Below, in pieces: positions 46,953 to 57,948 of a stretch of 64,000 nt of DNA (position 1 is its first letter; every line of letters starts with the position of its first letter). The translations under genes were made by a program, and so were the position numbers. The notes under the pieces were generated by a model that had not been told where the DNA came from, made no database searches, and saw nothing but the letters and a program-made list of their open reading frames with translations. Source of the DNA: a candidate division WOR-3 bacterium (GTDB lineage Bacteria; Hydrothermota; Tepidihabitantia; SM23-42; JAOAFX01); the NCBI GenBank assembly GCA_037444665.1, contig JBBILZ010000003.1, positions 18,073 through 82,072 of the forward strand. The letters run 5' to 3'.

Positions 46953-48119
46953 CTAAAATAGAAATCCATAAATCCAACCCACGATTGAAGAAAGGATTAT
47001 CACCAAAAATATATAAGTGATGGTCTTTTTTACACCCATAATACTGCTGATGACGAGCATACTGGGTAGACTCACTGCAGGACCAGCAAGCAATAATGCT
47101 AATGCCGGTCCTTTTCCCATACCACTGCCTAAAAGCCCCTGTAAAATGGGCACTTCTGTAAGGGTTGCAAAATACATAAATGCACCAGAGACCGCAGCAA
47201 GGAGGTTTGCCCAGAATGAATTGCCACCAACAAGACTGGCAATAAAACTTGAAGGAATAATGCCACGGTCTGTATTCGGTCTGCCCAGCAAAAATCCAGC
47301 AACCATGACTCCAGCAAACAATAATGGCAAAATCTGACGGGCAAATGTCCAGGTGGAAAAGACCCAGTCCTTTCTTTCATCCGCATTGAACCACTTAAAT
47401 ATTATGACAAACATTATTACCAAAAAGATTAGAACAAGATACCAGTGGATATTATAGACCGCATTCCAGAATCCAACTGGTTCTTTTGGCTTTGCCCAGG
47501 CAGCAAAGATTAATATTAAAATCAGAGAAAGGAAGTATAAAAGATTCTGTCCCAGTGTGCGGCCATTTGCAATGCCTTCTTCTGTTTCAAAAGAATCTTC
47601 AGATTCTACTTTTTTGTCCTTGAATATCAAGGACATCAATAGACCGATGATGACTGAAAAGACAACTGCTCCGAGTGCACGGGCAATGCCTAATTCTGCA
47701 CCTAAAATACGTGCAGTGAGAATTATTGCCAGGACATTTATTGCCGGACCAGAATATAAAAATGCAGTTGCCGGACCAATGCCTGCACCGCGTATGTATA
47801 TACCTGCAAACATTGGTAAGACTGTGCAGGAGCAGACCGCAAGGATTGTTCCGGAGACCGAGGCAATACCGTATGCAAGAACTTTGTTTGCTTTTGCACC
47901 AAAATATTTTATCACTGCCTCTTTTGAGATAAAATTACTTATTGCACCAGCAATAAAGAATGCTGGAATAAGACAGAAGAGCACATGTTCTCTCGCATAC
48001 TCCTGAATCATAAATACTGCCTCAAGGATTGCGGACTGGATGCGCAAACCATCAAAAGGGACAAAATAGAGCACCAAAAATACTGCGATAAAAATTATAA
48101 GTCTGGTTCGTTCTTTCAA
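46953..48119 (-). CDS. ArsP-like permease (DUF318/UPF0718)
   Basis: Polytopic membrane protein with the ...VSGTILAVCSCTVLPMFAG... Cys-x-Cys motif typical of this permease family. Adjacent to acr3 and arsR. Confidence 0.7.
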   Translation of the reverse strand: MKERTRLIIFIAVFLVLYFVPFDGLRIQSAILEAVFMIQEYAREHVLFCLIPAFFIAGAISNFISKEAVIKYFGAKANKVLAYGIASVSGTILAVCSCTVLPMFAGIYIRGAGIGPATAFLYSGPAINVLAIILTARILGAELGIARALGAVVFSVIIGLLMSLIFKDKKVESEDSFETEEGIANGRTLGQNLLYFLSLILILIFAAWAKPKEPVGFWNAVYNIHWYLVLIFLVIMFVIIFKWFNADERKDWVFSTWTFARQILPLLFAGVMVAGFLLGRPNTDRGIIPSSFIASLVGGNSFWANLLAAVSGAFMYFATLTEVPILQGLLGSGMGKGPALALLLAGPAVSLPSMLVISSIMGVKKTITYIFLVIILSSIVGWIYGFLF

Positions 48120-48224
48120 GTTGACCTCACTTTCATTCTATTAAAAATTCTCCTAATTTTTTTCTCGTATATCCCCCTTATCCTAACTCTCTCCGCGTTA
48201 AAATGGGGGGAGGAATAAGCATTT

Positions 48225-48315
48225 TCGGACAGGGACAAGCCCTGTCCCTACAATCAAAAATTTAAATGCCTCAATAATAAAATTTATTGTAGGGACAACC
48301 CTTGTGGTTGTCCGA
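48225..48315. repeat. Two inverted copies of the GTAGGGAC...GTCCGA hairpin repeat
   Basis: 48225-48251 is tcggacagggacaagccctgtccctac, whose reverse complement is GTAGG-GACAGGG-CTTGT-CCCTGTC-CGA. 48289-48315 is GTAGG-GACAACC-CTTGT-GGTTGTC-CGA. The termini and loop are the same, and the stems differ by three compensated pairs. Confidence 0.8.
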
Positions 48316-48484
48316 AAAATCTTTTTTACGAAATTCCAAATCCCAGGCACCAAACATAGCTCAGGTATAGATTTCAGTTTGGTTATAACCAAAGGCAATG
48401 GGACTAAAGTCCCTACTCCAGAAAAAACCATGCCCAAAGACCATACTGGTTGCCATACCTATAAACAATTCACCCAATTTACTA

Positions 48485-48820
48485 TCACTTCCTCGCCATC
48501 TCTTTTAACAACTCACTCTTTCTTTTCAAATTGGAAATAACACATTCTTCAAGCATATCAATTATTTTAAAGATATTGGCATCCGTCACTTCATACCATA
48601 CCTCAAGTCCTTTCTTTTCACAGCGAACAATACCCGCTTTCTTCAAAATTGCCAGATGGTGCGAAACATTTGATTGCTCTGCGCCAACATAAGGAATGAA
48701 GTTGCATACACAGCACGCACTGCTACGCAATCTTTCAAGTATCTTAAGACGTAGAGGATGTGCCAGGGCATTGAATACCTCTGCCTCTAATTCCATTATC
48801 TCTTCACTCTGCCTTGCCAT
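48485..48820 (-). CDS. arsR: ArsR/SmtB family metalloregulator
   Basis: ALAHPLRLKILERL..., the metal-site CCVC, and the wHTH recognition helix SNVSHHLAILKKAGIV. Confidence 0.85.
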   Translation of the reverse strand: MARQSEEIMELEAEVFNALAHPLRLKILERLRSSACCVCNFIPYVGAEQSNVSHHLAILKKAGIVRCEKKGLEVWYEVTDANIFKIIDMLEECVISNLKRKSELLKEMARK

Positions 48821-48852
48821 ATAACACCCCTTTGACTGCCTTCAAATAAAAG

Positions 48853-48886
48853 CATATGATTATATCTAAATATTGTCATATGTCAA
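48853..48886 (-). promoter_or_regulatory. arsR promoter with an overlapping inverted-repeat operator candidate
   Basis: On the minus strand: TTGACA (48886-81), a 16-nt spacer, then TATAAT (48864-59). The inverted repeat CATATGA...16 nt...TCATATG (48853-59 / 48876-82) spans the spacer and the -10 box. Confidence 0.55.
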
Positions 48887-49104
48887 GTACTTTTTTTTAT
48901 GTCCGAAATTTTGAAGTTGGTTATTAAAAAAGACAATAAATTTAAGAAAGGCAAATCCTGTGCCAGAAAAAATTTTTTTCTTTTTTGTTTTCACTTGACT
49001 TTTTAGAACTTTTGGATAAACTTAACCTGCGTAAAATTTATTTTTAAAAAATTTTTTTCGTAAAAAATTTCTTATTAAATTTCAAGGAGTTTTAATGAAA
49101 AAAA

Positions 49105-49135
49105 TGTGGATAACTATGTGGATAAATGTGGATAA
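49105..49135 (+). promoter_or_regulatory. Three perfect DnaA boxes (TGTGGATAA) directly upstream of dnaA
   Basis: Boxes at 49105-13, 49117-25 and 49127-35, plus ttggataaa at ~49012. An AT-rich tract lies at 48960-49100. Confidence 0.8.
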
Positions 49136-49141
49136 CTAAAT

Positions 49142-50461
49142 ATGAGTGAACAGGCTAAAATTTACTGGCAGAATATTCTTGGATATATTAAGGACAAAAT
49201 CCATCCCCAGTCGTTCGCGACCTGGTTTCATCAGAGCAAGGGGATTGAAATTAAGGATGATGTCCTGCTTGTTGAGATGCCAACCAATTTTCATATTGAT
49301 TGGATTACTATGCACTATTCAAAAATACTTGAAGAGGCGGCAATTTCTGTGAATGGCAACAATCTGAGATTATCTTTTAAAGCAGCAAACCAGGAAACAA
49401 ATCGTCCCGCGCTGAAAAAGAAGAGATTTATCCTTTCCCATGATCTTACAAAACTTCAGGAACGATATACTTTTGAAAATTTTGTGGTAGGAAAGAATAA
49501 CGAGCTTGCGCATGCTGCGGCACTGGCTGTTGCCGAAGCACCCGGAGAGGCTTATAATCCACTCTTCTTATATGGTGGGGTGGGTCTGGGAAAGACCCAT
49601 TTGATGCAAGCAATCGGCAATTTTATTCACAAACAACATAAAAATTTAAATGTTTACTATACCCAGGCTGAAAATATAATGAATGAACTTATTGATGCTA
49701 TTCAGAAAAAGGACCAGTTGTCTTTTAAAAAGAAATATCGGAATAAAGACATTCTGCTCCTTGATGATATTCAATTTATTTATGGTAAAGAACGTCTTCA
49801 AGATGAAATATTCCATACCTTTGATTATCTATATACCCAGGGAAAGCAGATTGTTTTAACTTCAGACCGTCCACCAAAAGAACTTTCTACGCTGGAAGAG
49901 CGTCTGACTTCAAGATTTCAGGGAGGATTGGTTGTAGACCTTCAAGCTCCTGACCTTGAAACAAGAATAGCCATTTTACAAAAAAAGGCAGAGATTGAAA
50001 ATGTTAAACTTCCTGGTAATGTTGCTTATTATATTGCATCAAGGGTTAAATCTAATATTCGTGAATTAGAAGGATGTTTGATAAGGCTCCTGGCTATCTC
50101 CTCTCTATCAGGGCAAGAAATGAATGAAGCCCTGGCTGAAGAAGCACTAAAAGACCTTTTAGGCAACGGATACAAAGTTGATAAAGAAAAAATAATAAAG
50201 GTTGTCTGTAATGAATTTGGTTTTTCAGAGAATGACCTTAAAGGAAACAGAAGAACCCAGAGGCTTGCCCTTGGTAGACAGGTAGCAATGTATTTGATGC
50301 GTAATTTTCTCAATCTGTCTCTGGCAGAAATTGGTCAAATTTTTGGTGGAAAAGACCACAGCACAGTAATACATGCGATTGAAAAAATAAATCATCTTAA
50401 AGAAACGAACATAGATTTTTCTCGTATTTTAGAGAGGATAAATACAAGGATAAATGGTTGA
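49142..50461 (+). CDS. dnaA: Chromosomal replication initiator DnaA
   Basis: Walker A GGVGLGKTHL, LLLDDIQF, the sensor/box VII motifs, and the C-terminal DNA-binding ...GGKDHSTVIHA. Confidence 0.97.
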   Translation: MSEQAKIYWQNILGYIKDKIHPQSFATWFHQSKGIEIKDDVLLVEMPTNFHIDWITMHYSKILEEAAISVNGNNLRLSFKAANQETNRPALKKKRFILSHDLTKLQERYTFENFVVGKNNELAHAAALAVAEAPGEAYNPLFLYGGVGLGKTHLMQAIGNFIHKQHKNLNVYYTQAENIMNELIDAIQKKDQLSFKKKYRNKDILLLDDIQFIYGKERLQDEIFHTFDYLYTQGKQIVLTSDRPPKELSTLEERLTSRFQGGLVVDLQAPDLETRIAILQKKAEIENVKLPGNVAYYIASRVKSNIRELEGCLIRLLAISSLSGQEMNEALAEEALKDLLGNGYKVDKEKIIKVVCNEFGFSENDLKGNRRTQRLALGRQVAMYLMRNFLNLSLAEIGQIFGGKDHSTVIHAIEKINHLKETNIDFSRILERINTRING

Positions 50462-50575
50462 TAAAATGTGGATTTTTTTCATTAAAAAATTTTTTTATAA
50501 TTTATCAAACTTTATGAACATTTTTATCAACAAGGTGGTTCTCGTTTTCTTTCATTTTCTCAAGAGTTTTTTTAT

Positions 50576-50592
50576 TAATCCACATATCCACA
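50576..50592 (+). promoter_or_regulatory. Two overlapping near-consensus DnaA boxes in the dnaA-dnaN spacer
   Basis: TAATCCACA and ATATCCACA, each with one mismatch to TTATCCACA. There is also tgtggattt at 50467-75, followed by a very AT-rich stretch up to the dnaN RBS. Confidence 0.55.
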
Positions 50593-50656
50593 TCATAGAC
50601 AACAATAACATAAAATTAATTATTTTAAATATTTTGTTGTTCTATAAGGAGGCGTA

Positions 50657-51751
50657 ATGGAATTTAAAATCAACAAAATTAATTTTGAAAAAGTGCTGAA
50701 TAGCATAGTAAAATTGATTCCTCCCAAGAGTACACATACTGTTCTTCAAAATATTATACTTGAAGCAAAGAATAATAATCTAAACATAGAAGGAACTGAC
50801 CTTGATATATTTATAAAAAAATCACTGGCTTGTGATATTAAAAAAGAAGGAAAGGCATTATTGCCAGGAAAAAAACTTCTTGAGATTGCACGAGAGGCAA
50901 ATGTTGATGAAATTTCATTCAAATTAAAAGAGTTAAATTTGCAAATCAATGCAGGTAATGCTCAATTTAATATACCTGCCCTTGATTATCAAGAGTTTCC
51001 AGAGATTCCTTCTTTTCCTTCCAAGAAATGGCTGGCATTGAGCATAAATGAAATAAACGAGATGGCAAATGCAACAATCTTTATGGTTTCCAAAGAACTG
51101 AGCAGGCGTGCAATGAATGGGGTTTTATTGCAGATAAAAGAGGATTGGTTGAATATGGTAACAACTGATGGAGCTCGTCTGGCACTCTTTAAAAAAGAAC
51201 AGAAAGGAGAAGCAGGAGAACTGATACTACCACCAAAGATATTTGACCTGCTGGATATAAACCAACCTGAAGAGCAAATAGAGTTCTACCTTGATGAAAG
51301 AATTGTCGGTCTTAAATTTGGCAGCACCACAATCATTGCCCGTCTTATTGAAGGGCCATATCCAAATTATGAAGCAGTTATACCAAAGGTCTTTCCAGGG
51401 ACCTGCACAGTTGAAAAGAGTCTGCTTGAGGGTGCTTTAAAAAGAGTTTCTCTCGTTTCTAGTCCAACATTGAAGAGCGTTAAATTTGATTTTTCAAAAG
51501 AAAACTTAATGTTATCTGCATCTTCGCCTGATAGTGGTGAGGCAAAAGAGCCTGTGGTCTGTAATTATGAAGGAGAAAAAATGGCGGTCTGGTATAATGC
51601 GGCATACCTCTTAGAGATTATGAGACATATAAGTTCTGATGATATTGTGTTCCAGTTAACATCTCCATCATCGGCATCATTGATAAAACAAAAAGAAGAT
51701 GATAAATTAATATATTTGTTAATGCCTTTAAGGATTGATTCCTATGAATAA
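50657..51751 (+). CDS. dnaN: DNA polymerase III beta sliding clamp
   Basis: Position after dnaA, 364 aa. Typical motifs ...LQNILLEA..., ATDGHRLA-like TTDGARLA, and ...LMPLRI. Confidence 0.93.
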   Translation: MEFKINKINFEKVLNSIVKLIPPKSTHTVLQNIILEAKNNNLNIEGTDLDIFIKKSLACDIKKEGKALLPGKKLLEIAREANVDEISFKLKELNLQINAGNAQFNIPALDYQEFPEIPSFPSKKWLALSINEINEMANATIFMVSKELSRRAMNGVLLQIKEDWLNMVTTDGARLALFKKEQKGEAGELILPPKIFDLLDINQPEEQIEFYLDERIVGLKFGSTTIIARLIEGPYPNYEAVIPKVFPGTCTVEKSLLEGALKRVSLVSSPTLKSVKFDFSKENLMLSASSPDSGEAKEPVVCNYEGEKMAVWYNAAYLLEIMRHISSDDIVFQLTSPSSASLIKQKEDDKLIYLLMPLRIDSYE

Positions 51752-52235
51752 AAATTTTATTCTTGTAATAATTACAGGACTCTTTGTCGTGATTAATACC
51801 GGTTCAGCACAACATCTGGGGGTGGGAATTATAATCGGCAGCCCAACAGGATTTACTGGCAAGGTGATATTTACCCAGAGGTCTGCATTTGCTGCGAATA
51901 TTGGCTGGTCACTGGGTGATAATCCCAAATTGCATATCACTGGTGATTATCAATTTCTTTTTCCTACGGTTTTTCGCTGGAGTGACGAAATGACCGGAGA
52001 GCAGAGAGAATTAAAAAATTTAACACCATATATCGGTATTGGTGGAAGATTTAAATTTAAGGAAAACGAACAACAGAATGAAACCGAGCTGAACATTGGA
52101 CTTCGCCTTGGTGGCGGTATTGAATATACAATTTCAAGGTTTGGTATCTTTCTGGAAATTTATCCTGTGGTCAATATTTTTCCCAGCACTAACTTTGACC
52201 TTGAAGGAGGACTTGGAGCAAGAATCTATTTTTAA
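51735..52235 (+). CDS. Small outer-membrane beta-barrel-like protein (hypothetical)
   Basis: Signal peptide, alternating Gly/aromatic strands, and a terminal ...GLGARIYF (C-terminal Phe). Confidence 0.45.
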   Translation: MIPMNKNFILVIITGLFVVINTGSAQHLGVGIIIGSPTGFTGKVIFTQRSAFAANIGWSLGDNPKLHITGDYQFLFPTVFRWSDEMTGEQRELKNLTPYIGIGGRFKFKENEQQNETELNIGLRLGGGIEYTISRFGIFLEIYPVVNIFPSTNFDLEGGLGARIYF

Positions 52236-52249
52236 CATTTATGTAATGC

Positions 52250-52328
52250 TTGACATTGTCTAAAATTTTAGTATAATAACAATTCATTGTTTTTTTACCC
52301 TTGACTTTTGTAAAAAAATGGGTATAAT
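52250..52328 (+). promoter_or_regulatory. Tandem 23S-5S promoters P1 and P2
   Basis: P1 is TTGACA (52250-55), a 16-nt spacer, then TATAAT (52272-77). P2 is TTGACT (52301-06), a 16-nt spacer, then TATAAT (52323-28). Confidence 0.7.
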
Positions 52329-54819
52329 ATATGTGCGAGGGGTTAAATAGATTTTTTGGCAGAAACTCATATCTTGGTTTCATGATAAAAATAAGTTTCT
52401 GCGAGTATGGCGATTGCCATATTATGGTCTTTGAAAATTTATTAGAATTGGCGGAAGGAACGTGGGTTCAAGTTACTAAGAGCGCATGTGAGGATGCCTT
52501 GGCATTCAGAGGCGATGAAGGGCGTGGTAGGCTGCGATAAGCGTCGGTGAGGAGCGAACATCCTTTGACCCGGCGATGCCCGAATGGGAAAACCCATCCT
52601 GTTGAAAAACAGGATATCCTGCTCGCAAGGACAGGAGGCTAACCAGGGGAAGTGAAACATCTCAGTACCCTGAGGAAGAGATATTCCGAAAGTAGCGGCG
52701 AGCGAAATCGGAACAGCCCAAACCGATCTGCATTTTAAAGCGGACAGGCGTTGTGCAGGCGGTGTAGCGAGGTCCAGCTGAACCTGATCTGTCCTGAAGG
52801 TTGTGAAGTTACAAAACCTTGTAATAGCCGAATCTCACAGGAAAGTAGAGCCATAGATGGTGATAGCCCAGTAGGCGAAATTACAAAGGTCTTCACTGGC
52901 TGGATTCTCAAGTAGCACGGGATAGGTTATCCTGTGTGAATCTGCCCAAACCACTGGGTAAGGCTAAATACTTCTGAATGACCGATAGTGCACCAGTACC
53001 GTAAGGGAAAGGTGAAAAGAACCCCTGGCGGGGAGTGAAATAGAACCTGAAACCATGCGCTTACAATCAGCAGGAGTTTAACTCCTACCTGAGCAATCGG
53101 GTGGGAAATGTTGAATGACTGCGTGCCTTTTGCATAATGAGCCGGCGAGTTATCCTAACCTGCAAGCTTAATTCTGGCATGAAAGTGTCGGAAGCAAGCG
53201 TAGGGAAACCAAGTCCAAATAGGGCGTATTAGTAGGTTGGGGTATTACCCGAAACCCGGTGAGCTACCCATGGTCAGGATGAAATTCCGGTGACACGGAA
53301 TGGAGGTCCGAACCGGTGACTGTTGAAATAGTCTCGGATGAACTGTGGGTCGGAGTGAAAGGCTAACCAAACCGGGTGATAGCTGGTTCTCCTCGAAATG
53401 CCTCTAGGGGCAGTCTTGGATGTTCAATAATAGTGGTAGAGCACTGAATAGAAGAGAACCCTTCGGGGTTCAAATCTAATCAAACTCCGAATGCTATTAT
53501 TTATAAGTCCAGGAAAGAGGCGGTGGGGGCTAAGCTTCATCGCCGAAAGGGGAATAACCCAGACCACCGGCTAAGGTCCCTAAGAGTTGGTTAAGTGGGA
53601 AAGGATGTGAGATGACTTAAACATCTGGGATGTTGGCTTAGAGGCAGCCATCATTTAAAGAGTGCGTAACAGCTCACCAGCCGAGTTATCTTGCGCCGAA
53701 AATTTATCGGGGCTCAAACCAACCACCGAAGCTGTGGCTTCCTGACCATTATGGTCAGGAGGGGTAGAGGAGCGTTCCATTGTAGGTTGAAGTTCTGTTG
53801 CGAAACAGAATCGACGAAATGGAAGTGATTATGCCGGCACGAGTAGCGATAATCCAGGTGAAAAACCTGGACACCGTAAGCCCAAGGGTTCCTGGGCAAG
53901 GTTAATCCGCCCAGGGTTAGTCGGATCCTTAGCCGAGGCCGAAAGGCGTAGGTGATGGGAAAGCCGTCAACATTCGGCTACCATCTGTAGTTTCGTTATA
54001 CCTATGGGGTGACGCTGATGGTAGAGGCGGTTCCTGTGTTGGAATACAGGATCCAAATACTTCATGGGAATTTCCTGGCAAATCCGGAAGTTCTTAACCA
54101 TGGAGTATGATGGGGAGGCCCAAAAGGCCATAAACCCGTCTCGAGATTCAGCCGAGAAAAACCTCTATGGAAGAAATTACGGGTGTCCGTACCGGAAACG
54201 AACACACGTGGGCGAGGTGAATATCCACAGGTGCTCGGGTGAACCCTTGTTAAGGAACTCGGCAATCTAACCCCGTAACTTCGGGATAAGGGGTTCCCGT
54301 TATCTGCTATGATGAATAGTGAATAACGGGACGCAGTGAAAGGGCTCTCGCGACTGTTTAACAAAAACACAGGTCTCTGCTAAGCCGTAAGGCAAAGTAT
54401 AGGGACTGACACCTGCCCGGTGCCAGAAGGTTAAAGAAGGAAGTTATTTTGGCGAAAGTCAGGAGAAGCTTCCGACTGAAGCCCTGGTAAACGGCGGCCG
54501 TAACTCTAACGGTCCTAAGGTAGCGAAATTCCTTGGCGGGTAAGTTCCGTCCTGCACGAATGGTGTAACGACGAGAGCGCTGTCTCAACAAGGAGCCCGG
54601 CGAAACTGTAGTGGCGGTGAAGATGCCGCCTACCCACGGTAGGACAAAAAGACCCCGTGAACCTTTACTGCAGCTTGCTATTGAATCTTTGCGGAGCATG
54701 TGTAGCATAGGTGGGAGGCTTTGAAGTTCCGACGCTAGTCGGAATGGAGCCGTCAGTGAAATACCACCCTTGTTCTGTCGGAGGTTCTAATTCTACCTTT
54801 GCAGGGTGGAAGACAGTGG

Positions 54820-55808
<989 letters not shown>

Positions 55809-55972
55809 CCCAAAATGTAACGGAGGTGCCCAAAGGTTCCCTCAGTGCGGTCGGTAATCGCACGGTGAGTGTAAGGGCATAAGGGAGCCTGACTGTGAGG
55901 CCGACAGGCCGAGCAGGCACGAAAGTGGGGCCTAATGATCCGGTGGTGCTGTGTGGAAAGGCCATCGCTCAG

Positions 55973-56008
<36 letters not shown>

Positions 56009-56034
56009 GGCCCGAGAGTTCACATCGACGGCCC

Positions 56035-56075
<41 letters not shown>

Positions 56076-56121
56076 GACAAGGTCCCAAGGGTCGGTCTGT
56101 TCGCCCGTTAAAGCGGTACGT

Positions 56122-56154
<33 letters not shown>

Positions 56155-56625
56155 ACTCTATCCACCGTGGGCGTAGGAGACTTGAGAGGAGCTGTCCTTA
56201 GTACGAGAGGACCAGGATGGACAGACCTCTGGTGCACGAGTTGTCGTGCCAACGGCATAGCTCGGTAGCCAAGTCTGGAAGGGATAACCGCTGAAAGCAA
56301 CTAAGTGGGAAACCCGCCTCAAGATAAGGTCTCCCGTTCAATTCAGGGGCAACTCTGAATTGACCTAAAGACTACCAGTAGACTACTGGTTTGATAGGCT
56401 ACAGGTGTAAGTGCAGTAATGCATTGAGCCGAGTAGTACTAATCAGTCGTGCGACTTGAACTTCCTTCCGCCATCTTCCTCTTAAGCACTAAATCCGAAT
56501 ATCGAAATACGAAACAATCTCAAAATTCTAAATTTAAATATTCAAAACGCTGTTTAAGATTTTGAATTTGGGTAATTAGAAATTGTTTCGGATTTAGGAT
56601 TTCGTGCTTAGAATTTCAAAAGATT

Positions 56626-56741
<116 letters not shown>

Positions 56742-56857
56742 TTTTTTTATTTAATGAATGTCAAGAACAAATAATAATCTTTTCCATAAACCCAAAAAAA
56801 TTTTCCCCCTTGACACAAAAGAATTTTTTAATATTATATATATAATAAAGGAGGAAT

Positions 56858-57892
56858 ATGAAATATTTAAAAATTATTGGGCTTTCTATATTAATATTAT
56901 CTTTGTTTAAATTTTCAAGTGGAGCAGAACGTGTTGTTGTTGCTGAAATGGTAACTGACGAGGGCTGAACCGCCTGTGGTGCAGCCAGTGGTACACTGGC
57001 ACAGATCGTTCTCAACCATCCAGGCAGGGTTGCAGCAGTTGATGTCCATTATCCAGCAGGTGATTCATTCTTTTTGCAGGAAGGATATGATCGTATCCAT
57101 TATTATCCACCACCATATTATGGAATGTATATTACACCATGGCTCTGGTATGATGGGAATCAACACGGTGAAATGGACTATACACAATGGGAATCAAAGA
57201 TTATTACAAGAATGAATCAACCAGCACCAGTAACCATATATCTTGATGGTGAATATTCACCGAGCAATAATTCAGGAACCATTTATGCTACATTCAAAAA
57301 CGATTCAAGCGCAACAATCACTGGCAGGGTAATAATTGTTATTACTGAAGATAGTCTATTCTATCCAGCACCCAATGGCACTATTTGGCATTCTAATGTG
57401 CCCCGTGATTATCTTCCTGATAATAATGGTACAAATGTATCAATTCCTGCGGGTGATTCAATAACAATCACTATGCCCTTTACAACCCATCCTAACTGGA
57501 ATAAAACACACTGTAAAATAAAGACCTGGGTCCAGAATGATATAATGCAATCAGATTCAACAAAAGAGGTCTGGCAGGGTGCATTGGTAAATTTGCTGGA
57601 ACTTGGTATCAATGAAGAATATCAGGAGAATACTAAGAGAATGAATATTCAGGTATACCCTAATCCTGTCAGACGCAATGGTTCTGTTCAATTTAATTTT
57701 GGTATCGGAACAAGCTATGAGATTTCAATTTTTGACTGCACAGGAAGGCAGATGGTCAAAATTAAAGGAAGTGCAGATATAATAAATTGGAATCTGAGAG
57801 ATGGCCATGGAATCTCAGTTAACCCTGGTGTATATTTTTACAAAATTCAATCCGAGAAATTTTTCACAAGTGGTAAGATTGTAATTGAATAA
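56858..57892 (+). CDS. Candidate selenoprotein: secreted thioredoxin-fold-like (Omp28-related-like) protein with UxxC and a T9SS C-terminal domain; TGA codon 37 at 56966..56968
   Basis: AAAGGAGG RBS, ATG 56858. Codon-by-codon translation gives MKYLKIIGLSILILSLFKFSSGAERVVVAEMVTDEG-TGA-TACGAASGTLAQIVLNHPGRVAAVDVHYPAGDSFF-L(=track start 57074)QEGYDR... There is no other stop. It ends ...PGVYFYKIQSEKFFTSGKIVIE. Confidence 0.7.
56984..57000 (+). promoter_or_regulatory. SECIS-like hairpin 15 nt downstream of TGA 56966..56968
   Basis: gccagtg-gta-cactggc forms a perfect 7-bp stem with a G-first loop. Confidence 0.6.
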
Positions 57893-57948
57893 AAAGGAGG
57901 TGCAAAATAAAGAGTATATTATTTGTTAAGAATGAAAAAGGAGGAACT

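Noticed and set aside
56462-56625. The inverted repeat (aaatccgaa...cgaaacaat / attgtttcggattt) in the 23S-5S spacer, considered as a possible ncRNA or tRNA.
   Set aside because: There is no cloverleaf. It is made of the same cgaaat/tccgaa words as the repeat islands and most simply forms a spacer or processing stem.
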